Below are positions 1 through 7,649 of a stretch of 24,924 bases of DNA, in pieces (position 1 is the first letter of the stretch; the number at the start of each line of letters is the position of its first letter). Source of the stretch: Patescibacteria group bacterium. Its GTDB lineage: Bacteria > Patescibacteriota > CPR2 > UBA1875 > JAJYID01. The notes below the pieces were generated by a model, which saw nothing but the letters and a program-made list of their open reading frames with translations, searched no databases and was not told the DNA's origin. The position numbers were made by a program, and so were the translations under genes. The stretch spans positions 1 through 24,924 of the forward strand of contig JBBTZO010000044.1 of assembly GCA_038061315.1 (NCBI GenBank), read 5' to 3'.

Positions 1-72
1 TTTCATCTCCTTTCATTTTAGATGAATGTGTCCAAGATGTTCGATGCCTTAAGATGAAAACAAAGAATATTC

Positions 73-101
73 TTGACTTGGGGATAAAAAGGGGCTATAA
101 T
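73..101 (+). promoter_or_regulatory. sigma70-type promoter P1
   Basis: TTGACT (73-78), 17-nt spacer, TATAAT (96-101); predicted start about 108. Confidence 0.8.
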
Positions 102-107
102 CTATTG

Positions 108-620
108 GCTTTAAAAATTTCATAAAGTTTTTAAATCGTGGGTTGCTGGAAGGATTAAACGCCTCTTTTCCAAATATTCCAATCAGATTCTGTGCGGAGA
201 CAAAATATGAGCTCATCAAACCAGGTGAGCAAGTTGAGGTAAAGACAGCGCCAACCGGCAACCCCACCAATTCACAGTACCTTTTTAAAAGCGTTGGTTG
301 GACGTTTTTAGTCTGACCGCGGCTCCAGACAACATTGCTCTAGCAGGGTCTGGAGTAGTGTCTTTGAAGCTCTTTATGGGTTTCAGAGGCTGGCGGTAGA
401 ACGGGCGGCCCCTCTGTAAGTTTAGCCTCCCCCATGGGGGGCCGCCCAAGCTTTTGACTTGAGAGAATTCTCAAGTAACAAGCGCTAAGGAGGTACAACC
501 TCTTTAACGGTTGTTGGGTAGTTGATACCCCTCAACCTCCCCAGTGCGGCGGCCCCGGGAAGAGGTCGCCGCACAAAATCTAAGCCTTCAAGGTTTCACA
601 AGAAGCCAAGAGGGCTTTTT
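108..620 (+). ncRNA. candidate large structured non-coding RNA, family not recognised
   Basis: Bounded by P1 and a hairpin plus T-run. About ten helices, e.g. 138-149/255-267, 287-294/302-309, 316-320/393-397, 322-330/348-356, 362-372/378-388, 403-412/438-447, 457-464/469-476, 544-554/564-574. No convincing SD-led ORF. Confidence 0.6.
582..620 (+). terminator. probable intrinsic terminator of unit 1
   Basis: AAGCCTTC (582-589) or AAGCC (603-607) pairs with GAGGGCTT/GGCTT (610-617), followed by a T-run to 620. Confidence 0.5.
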
Positions 621-698
621 ACATTTTAAAAACTAATTTACTACTTTAGTTTAGTGAAGTACTTAGTAATATTTTAAGTGGTCCTATAGATAAAATTA

Positions 699-727
699 TT
701 TACATATAAAACATAAGGACTTAGAAT
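699..727 (+). promoter_or_regulatory. sigma70-type promoter P2
   Basis: TTTACA (699-704), 17 nt, TAGAAT (722-727). Confidence 0.6.
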
Positions 728-791
728 AAAAACAACTAAGAGATGTACCTTTTCTACGAAACCAAATAAATATATAGGAGGTTAATCCTAG

Positions 792-944
792 ATGACTATT
801 CAGTTAACTACTCGGTCAGACCTCTATGAGTTTCCGGACGGAAATGGTCCCAATGGATTCTATATTCCTGTAGGGGGAGAGGAGGAACCCGCCTCAGACC
901 CAGAAATAATACTTCCATTATGGAATCCTGACCAGACTCACTGA
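792..944 (+). CDS. 50-aa acidic Pro/Gly-rich micro-protein (MTIQLTTRSDLYEFPDGNGPNGFYIPVGGEEEPASDPEIILPLWNPDQTH)
   Basis: AGGAGGT (776-782) 9 nt before ATG, downstream of P2; below the ORF-track cut-off; no recognisable family. Confidence 0.5.
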   Translation: MTIQLTTRSDLYEFPDGNGPNGFYIPVGGEEEPASDPEIILPLWNPDQTH

Positions 945-1087
945 TGATTTGTCTAGGCATCCACTGGCCACTTATAGTCTATTCCTCGGTCGAATATACT
1001 GCCAGTGCCAGACACCTTCACCTCCCAGGTCCGCTTGCGCTTGTAAGATATAAGATTCCCTGCGCAGGCGGACCGCCCGCTCCTTAA
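944..1087 (+). CDS. possible 47-aa ORF coupled by a TGATG overlap (MICLGIHWPLIV...GGPPAP)
   Basis: ATG shares base 944 with the upstream stop, but the ORF lies within strong RNA hairpins and may be non-coding. Confidence 0.2.
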   Translation: MICLGIHWPLIVYSSVEYTASARHLHLPGPLALVRYKIPCAGGPPAP

Positions 1088-1101
1088 ATCCATAATAATT
1101 A

Positions 1102-1126
1102 CGGCCCTCATTCTGAGGGTTGTTTT
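1102..1126 (+). terminator. probable intrinsic terminator of unit 2
   Basis: CGGCCCTCA-TTC-TGAGGGTTG followed by TTTT. Confidence 0.55.
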
Positions 1127-1142
1127 AATTTATAAAAAACTA

Positions 1143-1172
1143 TTTACTAACATAAGGGCTTCTTTATATAAT
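1143..1172 (+). promoter_or_regulatory. sigma70-type promoter P3
   Basis: TTTACT (1143-1148), 18 nt, TATAAT (1167-1172); spacer motif shared with P2. Confidence 0.55.
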
Positions 1173-1270
1173 AAAACTATCAGGGCTAACCAACATATGG
1201 AGGTGATCTAAAGCACACCTGCACGTCCTTTGAAAAGTTAGCCGAAAAGAGGTATAGATAGGGAGGGTCA

Positions 1271-1390
1271 ATGGGTAAGTACACGTTTGCAAGTAGCCGT
1301 AACACCAAGGTGAGGACCGTCCTGATCTCTGGCAGCCGTATGCACGCGAAACGCATCATCGACACGATCGTCGCCAGCGGAAGGGCCTAG
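1271..1390 (+). CDS. 39-aa basic micro-protein (MGKYTFASSRNTKVRTVLISGSRMHAKRIIDTIVASGRA)
   Basis: GGGAGG (1261-1266) just upstream of ATG; open to TAG at 1388-1390. Confidence 0.5.
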   Translation: MGKYTFASSRNTKVRTVLISGSRMHAKRIIDTIVASGRA

Positions 1391-1472
1391 GCAAGCAGCA
1401 TTAGGCCACCCCTAGCGCGAGGGGGAGAATAATTAAACGCGCAGTACGCATACACCCTACCAGGGAGGTACT

Positions 1473-1505
1473 ATGGTAGTGATTTATGTACTCGGTGGTG
1501 GTTGA
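1473..1505 (+). CDS. 10-aa leader-peptide-like ORF (MVVIYVLGGG)
   Basis: GGGAGGT (1463-1469) then ATG at 1473; ends GGT GGT GGT TGA within a 13-bp hairpin. Confidence 0.3.
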   Translation: MVVIYVLGGG

Positions 1506-1641
1506 TAGTTAACCACCACCGAGAGTTTCTCGGAAAGAGGAGTGAGGCGGGGCTCTCTAGATTTTCTTGTTTCAAGTCAGTGGCTTGACGAGAATGTAAT
1601 TCTAGAGAGCACCCCCTTCTCATTCATATACAAACGCACCT

Positions 1642-1680
1642 AAAAGAAAGGACGGCATGAGCCGTCCTGAATTATTTTTC
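1642..1680. terminator. GC-rich hairpin terminator, possibly bidirectional
   Basis: AGGACGGC-ATGA-GCCGTCCT (1649-1668); adjacent U-tract on the - strand, displaced U-tract on the + strand. Confidence 0.55.
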
Positions 1681-1721
1681 CTACATTTATAGGAACTTTT
1701 TTATTTTTGGTATTTTACTTA

Positions 1722-1750
1722 TTAACAAAAGAGTCTTTTGCTATTACAAT
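1722..1750 (+). promoter_or_regulatory. promoter of the PBP gene
   Basis: TTAACA (1722-1727), 17 nt, TACAAT (1745-1750); inverted repeat CAAAAG-AGT-CTTTTG at 1726-1740. Confidence 0.5.
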
Positions 1751-1771
1751 TATATCTAGCAATAATCTTTA

Positions 1772-3949
1772 ATGAAATTATTTGATATGATTGAGGGTGA
1801 ACACGAATCTCAAGACAAAAACCTAAAGCATCACAAACAAAAAAAAGCGAGCAGCAGCAAAAAGATCGCGAAACAGTGGTGGGTTGTTTTTAAGCATATT
1901 TTATCAAAAACCTTTGCGGTTATTGGTAGAACTCTTTTAATATTTTTTATCATACTATTTTTAACGGGTAGTTTTTTTACTATTGGAATCTATTTCAAAT
2001 ATGCGAATGATTTTAAAGGAGCTAAACCAAAAACGGGAGGTACCCAAGCTATCTTCTATGATAAAAACGGGGGGGTGATATATGAAGGTTTTGGAACCAG
2101 TGATCCCGACTACGTTTCTCTGGATCAAGTCCCTGATATTATAAAAAAGGCTACTCTTGCAGCCGAAGATAAGGGTTTTTATCACCATGGACCCGTAGAT
2201 GTGAAGGGTATTGCCAGAGCAGCACTTAGAAACTATCAGGCAAGCGATAGGGCAGGTGTAGCAAAACTATCCGGACTTTTCAGCGAAAGTGAATACTCAC
2301 AGGGTGGGTCAAGCATCACCCAACAGCTTGTAAAGAATAGATATCTTGCAGGCGAAAAAAGCTTTGAGAGAAAGCTAAAAGAGCTCGTTTACTCATACGA
2401 ACTGGAAAAGAAAATGAGTAAAGACCAGATACTTGAGCAATATCTAAATAATATTTATTATGGTGAACAATCGTTGGGAATAAAAAATGCCGCAAAAATA
2501 TATTTTGGCAAAGAACTAAAAGATTTGAGCCTGGCAGAAGCCACATATCTTGCTGGTCTTCCAGCAGCTCCCAGTAGATACTCACTCATCAGTGGTGACT
2601 ATGAAGCCGGTAAGAAAAGGCATGAGTATGTTCTGCAACAAATGATAGAAGAAAAATATATTACAGAGGAACAGGGAAGAGAGGCTGTTAACCAACCCCT
2701 AACACTAGGTAGTGAGCAAAAAGTAACTATTAAATATCCTTATTTTGTCCAGTATGTGAAGCAAGAGCTCATAAATATGTACGGTTCAGAACTTGTCGAG
2801 ACAGGGGGTCTAAAAGTTTACACAACGATTGATCCTGAAAAACAGGATTTAGCCGAAGCAAAAGCAAAAGAGTATGTAAATAAATTTAAGTATGCACGGG
2901 TAACAAATGCCTCTGTTGTCATTATGGATAACAAAACGAATAATGTTTTAGCAATGGTCGGCGGAGTCGATTGGGAAAAAAGCAAAGTAAATGTTGCAAC
3001 CTCAAAGAGACAACCCGGTTCATCATTTAAACCAATTGTATACTCCGCCGGATTCTTACAAGAATACTCACCGTTAACAAAACTTATAGATCAGCCAATA
3101 AACTTTGGCGGCATTCCTCCATATATACCCAGAAACTATAATGGTGGCTTTATGGGAAATATATCAGCAAGGAATGCTTTGGCAAACTCATTAAATATAC
3201 CAACCGTAGAAATGGGGAAGCTTGCCGGTATAGAAAATATTGTAAAGACTGCCGAAGCCATGGGTATAACAACCCTAGATAGAGACCCCGATGACTATGG
3301 GCTTTCTTTATCTTTAGGAAGTGGTGAAGTTAAACTACTCGACCTCGTTGAGGCCTATGCAACTCTTTCTGATGGCGGAAAACGTACAGTACCATCAGGA
3401 ATCGTAAAGATTTTAAACAACAGAGATGAAAGTATCTATAAAATAGAAAGACAGAAAAAAGAAGTTCTTGACCCCAGAGTTGCATATATGACTACAAGTA
3501 TTTTGTCCGACACAAAGGCTCGACAGAAAATTTTCGGATATGGGAATAAGCTTGAAATCAAAGGACATACCGTAGCGGCCAAAACAGGAACAACCGACAA
3601 CTATACTGACTCATGGACGGTTGGCTACAACCCTGATATCACAGTTGGTGTTTGGATGGGAAATAACGATAGAAGTAAGATGGGACAAATAAGTGGTATA
3701 GAGGGCGCTGCATATATATGGCATGATATACTTGAAGGAATTATTAAAAATCAACCGGATATTGCTTTTGAAAAACCAAAGGGTTTGAGCGAAGTTTGGG
3801 TCAATCCTTCAACATTTGCCAAAGCACCAAAAGAAGGAAGTCCTTATGTACTGGAGTACTTTTTACCGGGAAAAGAACCATCTACTAAGCCGGACTTTTC
3901 CTATCTAAACCAATTTAATAAGAAGGCAAGTGTACCAAAAAATCCCTAA
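1772..3949 (+). CDS. class A penicillin-binding protein (transglycosylase-transpeptidase, PBP1A family)
   Basis: N-terminal TM helix; transglycosylase motifs AEDKGFYHH, GGSSITQQLVKN, RKLKE; transpeptidase motifs SSFK, SLN, KTGT. Confidence 0.95.
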   Translation: MKLFDMIEGEHESQDKNLKHHKQKKASSSKKIAKQWWVVFKHILSKTFAVIGRTLLIFFIILFLTGSFFTIGIYFKYANDFKGAKPKTGGTQAIFYDKNGGVIYEGFGTSDPDYVSLDQVPDIIKKATLAAEDKGFYHHGPVDVKGIARAALRNYQASDRAGVAKLSGLFSESEYSQGGSSITQQLVKNRYLAGEKSFERKLKELVYSYELEKKMSKDQILEQYLNNIYYGEQSLGIKNAAKIYFGKELKDLSLAEATYLAGLPAAPSRYSLISGDYEAGKKRHEYVLQQMIEEKYITEEQGREAVNQPLTLGSEQKVTIKYPYFVQYVKQELINMYGSELVETGGLKVYTTIDPEKQDLAEAKAKEYVNKFKYARVTNASVVIMDNKTNNVLAMVGGVDWEKSKVNVATSKRQPGSSFKPIVYSAGFLQEYSPLTKLIDQPINFGGIPPYIPRNYNGGFMGNISARNALANSLNIPTVEMGKLAGIENIVKTAEAMGITTLDRDPDDYGLSLSLGSGEVKLLDLVEAYATLSDGGKRTVPSGIVKILNNRDESIYKIERQKKEVLDPRVAYMTTSILSDTKARQKIFGYGNKLEIKGHTVAAKTGTTDNYTDSWTVGYNPDITVGVWMGNNDRSKMGQISGIEGAAYIWHDILEGIIKNQPDIAFEKPKGLSEVWVNPSTFAKAPKEGSPYVLEYFLPGKEPSTKPDFSYLNQFNKKASVPKNP

Positions 3950-4016
3950 ACAAACACTAATACAACCACAACCACTCCTTAAATAACTAGCTGTTTCTCC
4001 AAGAATTGTATCTCAT

Positions 4017-6275
4017 ATGGGTATTTTTTTGATTTTTTTTACAGTGTTAAGTTGGGCAGAAAATATTATCCTTAAATACATGTTAAAAGAAAAAGCAGAG
4101 GGAATCTCCCGGGGTCTTCAGAGAGAAAACGCTGGTAATAGCGATATTACGAAGCTTCTTTTTGATATTGCCGATTTTGACTTTGCACTAATAAATATGC
4201 GAGATTCCATTAAAAAGATGAAAAATCTTATCATGAAATATAGCGGAGCTTCTAGCTGTACCCTTATGTTTTTGGACAACTATGGGTATCTCTGGAAAGT
4301 AGGAGAAAAAACCACCTATCCATTTAAACTAGGTGAGGGTATAGCAGGCTGGTCCGCTAAGTGCCAAAAAAGAGTATTTGTCAATGATGTCAGTAGTGAT
4401 AAAAGATATAAACCCCTCTACAAAAACCGTCAAGGGGCAATGGTGTCCGTACCTGTTGTAAAGAACGGAAAGACACTTGGGATTATAAGTCTTACTTATT
4501 CAAAAGAAAAACTCAAGCTCTATCCACCCAATAACAATGTTTTAGATATTTTTGTAAAGAAAATGAGAGTTGTTTTGGAAAATGTTTTTCTCTATTATGT
4601 GGCCGAAAATGAAAAAAATGAACTTCGAGCGCGTAAATCCATATCAAAAGCACTGGAGGAAAATATTTCCCTGGAGGAAAAAGTTGAGATTATTAGAAAG
4701 AATGTAGTCAGATTTACATCAATCAATGATTTATCAATATATCTTGAGGATGAAAAGAGCCATGAAATCTCATGTCTGGGAGGTGCGGGTAAAAAAAATA
4801 TTACACCAACATTAGACTTAATGAATATTTATTTTAATAAGAAGGGTAAAAAACATGACTTTTTGGACCTTTCGGAAAAGTTTGATTTCAACTTTATTAC
4901 AAAAAGGGGCTCGGGATATATCACCATGTATCCCATATTTTCTAAAAGTAAAATCATGGGTTACATCTTGATAGAAGAGAAAATAAAAAATATCGACAAC
5001 TTGTCGGTTTTAGAAAAAAGATTCATAGAACTCGCATCAAGTCACCTCGGTGAATACCTGGTTAGAGAAACTTCGTCGAAAAAAATAATAGAGGAAAAAG
5101 AAAAATGGAGAACTATCTTTCACAATGTGGATGATGGGATAATTCTTCTATCTAGAGACAAAATTGTTATTGAGGCAAATCTTAAAGCCCGGGAAATTTT
5201 AGGATCAAAAAATACCAGTCTAATAGGTGCGAACTTTTTTTCTTTGTTTAAGATAATAAATCCAGAAGTAGAGTCGCCTACCCTAACATCTATTAAGAAT
5301 CTAGATAGATTTAAAAAGAGTGATAAAGAAGAGCTTGAGAAAAAAATTGACAAGTTTTTTTCATCACAAAAAGTTATCCGCCCACAGGAATATTATATCC
5401 AGACAAAAAGTGGTAAATATTGGATAATTGGAAGAATGAAAACTGCCATACAAGATCCCAACTCAGAACTTTTTGGTATTATTCACATCAAAGACATAAC
5501 AAAAAGCAAGGAAGTCGAACAGGATAAAAACGAGTTTATGTCCATGGTCTCACATGAACTTAGAACCCCGCTTTCAGCCATGAAGGGCTATCTTTCTATG
5601 ATTCTAAATAGTGATTATGGGAAACTAAGCAAAAAACAGGAAAAATCACTCAAGAGAGTTGAGGAGAGCAACGAAAGGATGGTTGTCCTTGTTGAGGATA
5701 TTTTGGATGTTTCGAGAATAGAACTTGGTAGGTTTAACTTAAATAAAGAACCCATCAATCTTTCAAATATAACCCGTGCTATGGTTCGAGAACTGGGGGC
5801 AAAAATACAAGAAAAGAATATTACCCTAAAGATACAAAACAAACTAGTGGATCCTTGTCTGAAAAAAACTATAAAAAATCCAGAACACACATGCAACGAC
5901 CTCGGTGTGTATGTTTTGGCGGATAGGGATAGACTAATGCAAATCCTTGGAAACCTGATAGATAATGCCATTAAATATTCTTTCGATGGAGGAAAGATAG
6001 ATATTAATATTAAACCAGATAAAAACTTTGTTGAAATATTAGTCAAAGATGATGGAGTAGGTGTAAGAAAGGAAGACCAGGATAAACTTTTTAGAAGATT
6101 CTCAAGAATTCACAACCCTTTAAGTATTCAAGCTGGCGGAACAGGACTGGGTCTTTATATAACAAAGAAACTAATATTGGCACATAACGGAAACATCAGT
6201 GTTTCAAGCAAACAGGGGAAAGGCACAACCTTTTCAGTTAAAATGCCCATAGCAAAACAGTTACCATTAATTTAA
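4017..6275 (+). CDS. sensor histidine kinase (GAF, PAS, HisKA, HATPase_c); true start may be the ATG at 4080
   Basis: H-box SHELRTPL, N-box NLIDNAIKY, G1 DDGVG, G2 GTGLGL; GAF signature GEGIAGW...VPV. Confidence 0.93.
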   Translation: MGIFLIFFTVLSWAENIILKYMLKEKAEGISRGLQRENAGNSDITKLLFDIADFDFALINMRDSIKKMKNLIMKYSGASSCTLMFLDNYGYLWKVGEKTTYPFKLGEGIAGWSAKCQKRVFVNDVSSDKRYKPLYKNRQGAMVSVPVVKNGKTLGIISLTYSKEKLKLYPPNNNVLDIFVKKMRVVLENVFLYYVAENEKNELRARKSISKALEENISLEEKVEIIRKNVVRFTSINDLSIYLEDEKSHEISCLGGAGKKNITPTLDLMNIYFNKKGKKHDFLDLSEKFDFNFITKRGSGYITMYPIFSKSKIMGYILIEEKIKNIDNLSVLEKRFIELASSHLGEYLVRETSSKKIIEEKEKWRTIFHNVDDGIILLSRDKIVIEANLKAREILGSKNTSLIGANFFSLFKIINPEVESPTLTSIKNLDRFKKSDKEELEKKIDKFFSSQKVIRPQEYYIQTKSGKYWIIGRMKTAIQDPNSELFGIIHIKDITKSKEVEQDKNEFMSMVSHELRTPLSAMKGYLSMILNSDYGKLSKKQEKSLKRVEESNERMVVLVEDILDVSRIELGRFNLNKEPINLSNITRAMVRELGAKIQEKNITLKIQNKLVDPCLKKTIKNPEHTCNDLGVYVLADRDRLMQILGNLIDNAIKYSFDGGKIDINIKPDKNFVEILVKDDGVGVRKEDQDKLFRRFSRIHNPLSIQAGGTGLGLYITKKLILAHNGNISVSSKQGKGTTFSVKMPIAKQLPLI

Positions 6276-6325
6276 AATTAAATAAATAACCTCGCTCAGT
6301 GCGGGTAAAAGGAGAAATTAAAACA

Positions 6326-6718
6326 ATGAAACAACACATCTTAATAGTTGAAGATGATAATGTCTTGCAGGAAATGTACTGCGAGAAGTTTGAGATGGAT
6401 GGCTTTAAAGTAGAAAAAGCTGCTACGGGCAGAGAAGGCCTAAAAACACTAGAGAAGAGTGTTCCCGACATAATATTGCTCGACATTTTGATGCCAGATA
6501 TGAATGGTCTTGAAATGTTGAAGGAAATGAAAAAAAATAGAGATTTTCGTGATATTCCAGTTATACTCCTTACAAACCTTGGTGAGTCAAAGATAGATAT
6601 GGACTCCGAGCTTTCATTTGCACTTGGCATAAAAGACTATCTAATAAAAACAAAACACACGCCAGATGATGTTTCAAAAAGGGTAAAACAGATTCTAAAA
6701 GTAGAGCAATTAGGTTGA
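6326..6718 (+). CDS. single-domain response regulator (receiver only)
   Basis: ILIVEDD, LLDILMP (phospho-Asp), DYLIK; AAGGAG SD favours the ATG at 6326 over the GTG at 6299. Confidence 0.92.
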   Translation: MKQHILIVEDDNVLQEMYCEKFEMDGFKVEKAATGREGLKTLEKSVPDIILLDILMPDMNGLEMLKEMKKNRDFRDIPVILLTNLGESKIDMDSELSFALGIKDYLIKTKHTPDDVSKRVKQILKVEQLG

Positions 6719-7488
6719 CTAGACTATCCTCAAAAAGTTTCCATGCGGAAGGTATAGTCATAGGAAAAAGGAATTTTTTTGAAGCAGACAGGATTGTGGA
6801 AATACTTACTATGGAAAAGGGGAAGGTACGTGCCGTTGTTAGGGGTGCTCGCAAATCAAAGTCTAAGCTTGCCGGTTCAACGGAGCTTTTTACCCATGGA
6901 GAGTTTACTTTTGCAAAAGGAAAAAACCTAGATATTATAACTGCCGTTACTCCGCTGGATTATTTTCAAAAGGCAATGGGTGACTTAAAAAAGATATCTT
7001 GGCTTTTTTTGATGTCAGAAACACTCGAGAAACTTCTACCAAGAGAAGTGCCAAACGAAGAAATATTTAAAGAAACACTTAGCGCTTTCAGATTTATCAA
7101 TAGAAACGAAAAATCATATCTAGTTTATGAGTATCTGTATAAAGTAATTGTTCTTTTGGGTTATGGTCTGTCTTTATCACAGTGTTCGCGATGTCATGAA
7201 AAAAAAGATACATTAAACGATTTAAATAACATTCTCCGCTTAGAGTCGGGTGGTATTTTGTGTAAAAAATGTAACTCTACCAGTCATCAAACACTAAAAG
7301 TTTCAAAAAATACTATTAAATTACTTTTATATATAGAGAACAATGAGTTGGGCGAATATTCTAAAATAACCTTTGATAAAAATGTTTCAAGGGAGCTGAC
7401 AAATATAATAAGTGCCTATTTGAATCATATTTATCAAAAAGAGTTTAAGTCTAATAAATTTATTGAAGACGTCAAAGCATTGAAATAA
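6715..7488 (+). CDS. recO: DNA repair protein RecO
   Basis: N-terminal OB fold (EADRIVEILT..GKVRAVVRGARK), zinc motif CSRC...CKKC; recO-glycyl-tRNA synthetase synteny. Confidence 0.93.
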   Translation: MTRLSSKSFHAEGIVIGKRNFFEADRIVEILTMEKGKVRAVVRGARKSKSKLAGSTELFTHGEFTFAKGKNLDIITAVTPLDYFQKAMGDLKKISWLFLMSETLEKLLPREVPNEEIFKETLSAFRFINRNEKSYLVYEYLYKVIVLLGYGLSLSQCSRCHEKKDTLNDLNNILRLESGGILCKKCNSTSHQTLKVSKNTIKLLLYIENNELGEYSKITFDKNVSRELTNIISAYLNHIYQKEFKSNKFIEDVKALK

Positions 7489-7501
7489 TCTCATCCCCTC
7501 T

Positions 7502-7597
7502 TGTCATTCCGAACTTCCTGCCCGACTAAACGGTCGTTCGGGCGGGGATCCGGAATCTATACAATAAAATTAGATTCCCATCTTCATGGGAATGACA
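7502..7597. repeat. GTCATTC-type miniature palindromic element with a nested 30-nt palindrome
   Basis: Terminal IR TGTCATTCC/GGAATGACA; right hairpin ATTCCCA-N6-TGGGAAT; nested IR at 7517-7546. Confidence 0.85.
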
Positions 7598-7613
7598 GAC
7601 TCTGGTTAAAACA

Positions 7614-7642
7614 TTGAAATAATATCATATAGACGGTAAAAT
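7614..7642 (+). promoter_or_regulatory. promoter for the 78-aa ORF-glyQS operon (leaderless geometry)
   Basis: TTGAAA, 17 nt, TAAAAT; ATG 7 nt later; no SD. Confidence 0.6.
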
Positions 7643-7649
7643 TAATAAC

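Noticed and set aside
255-269. CAACCCCACCA resembling a tRNA/tmRNA acceptor end
   Set aside because: No TTCRA T-loop before it, no matching GGGGNTG 5' strand and no G3-U70 pair.
49-270. 73-aa minus-strand ORF from the track
   Set aside because: No SD or recognisable domain; it runs antisense through promoter P1 and the structured RNA.
751-757. TTTCTAC, like the purine riboswitch core
   Set aside because: The flanking P2/P3 loops and other conserved junction residues are absent.
941-947. CTGATGA hammerhead core
   Set aside because: No stem II followed by GAAA nearby; the motif is explained by a stop/start overlap.
1334-1356. AGCCGTATGC...GAAA resembling group II intron domain V
   Set aside because: The complementary 3' strand (ACGTACGGTT-like) is missing and no domain VI or RT is present.
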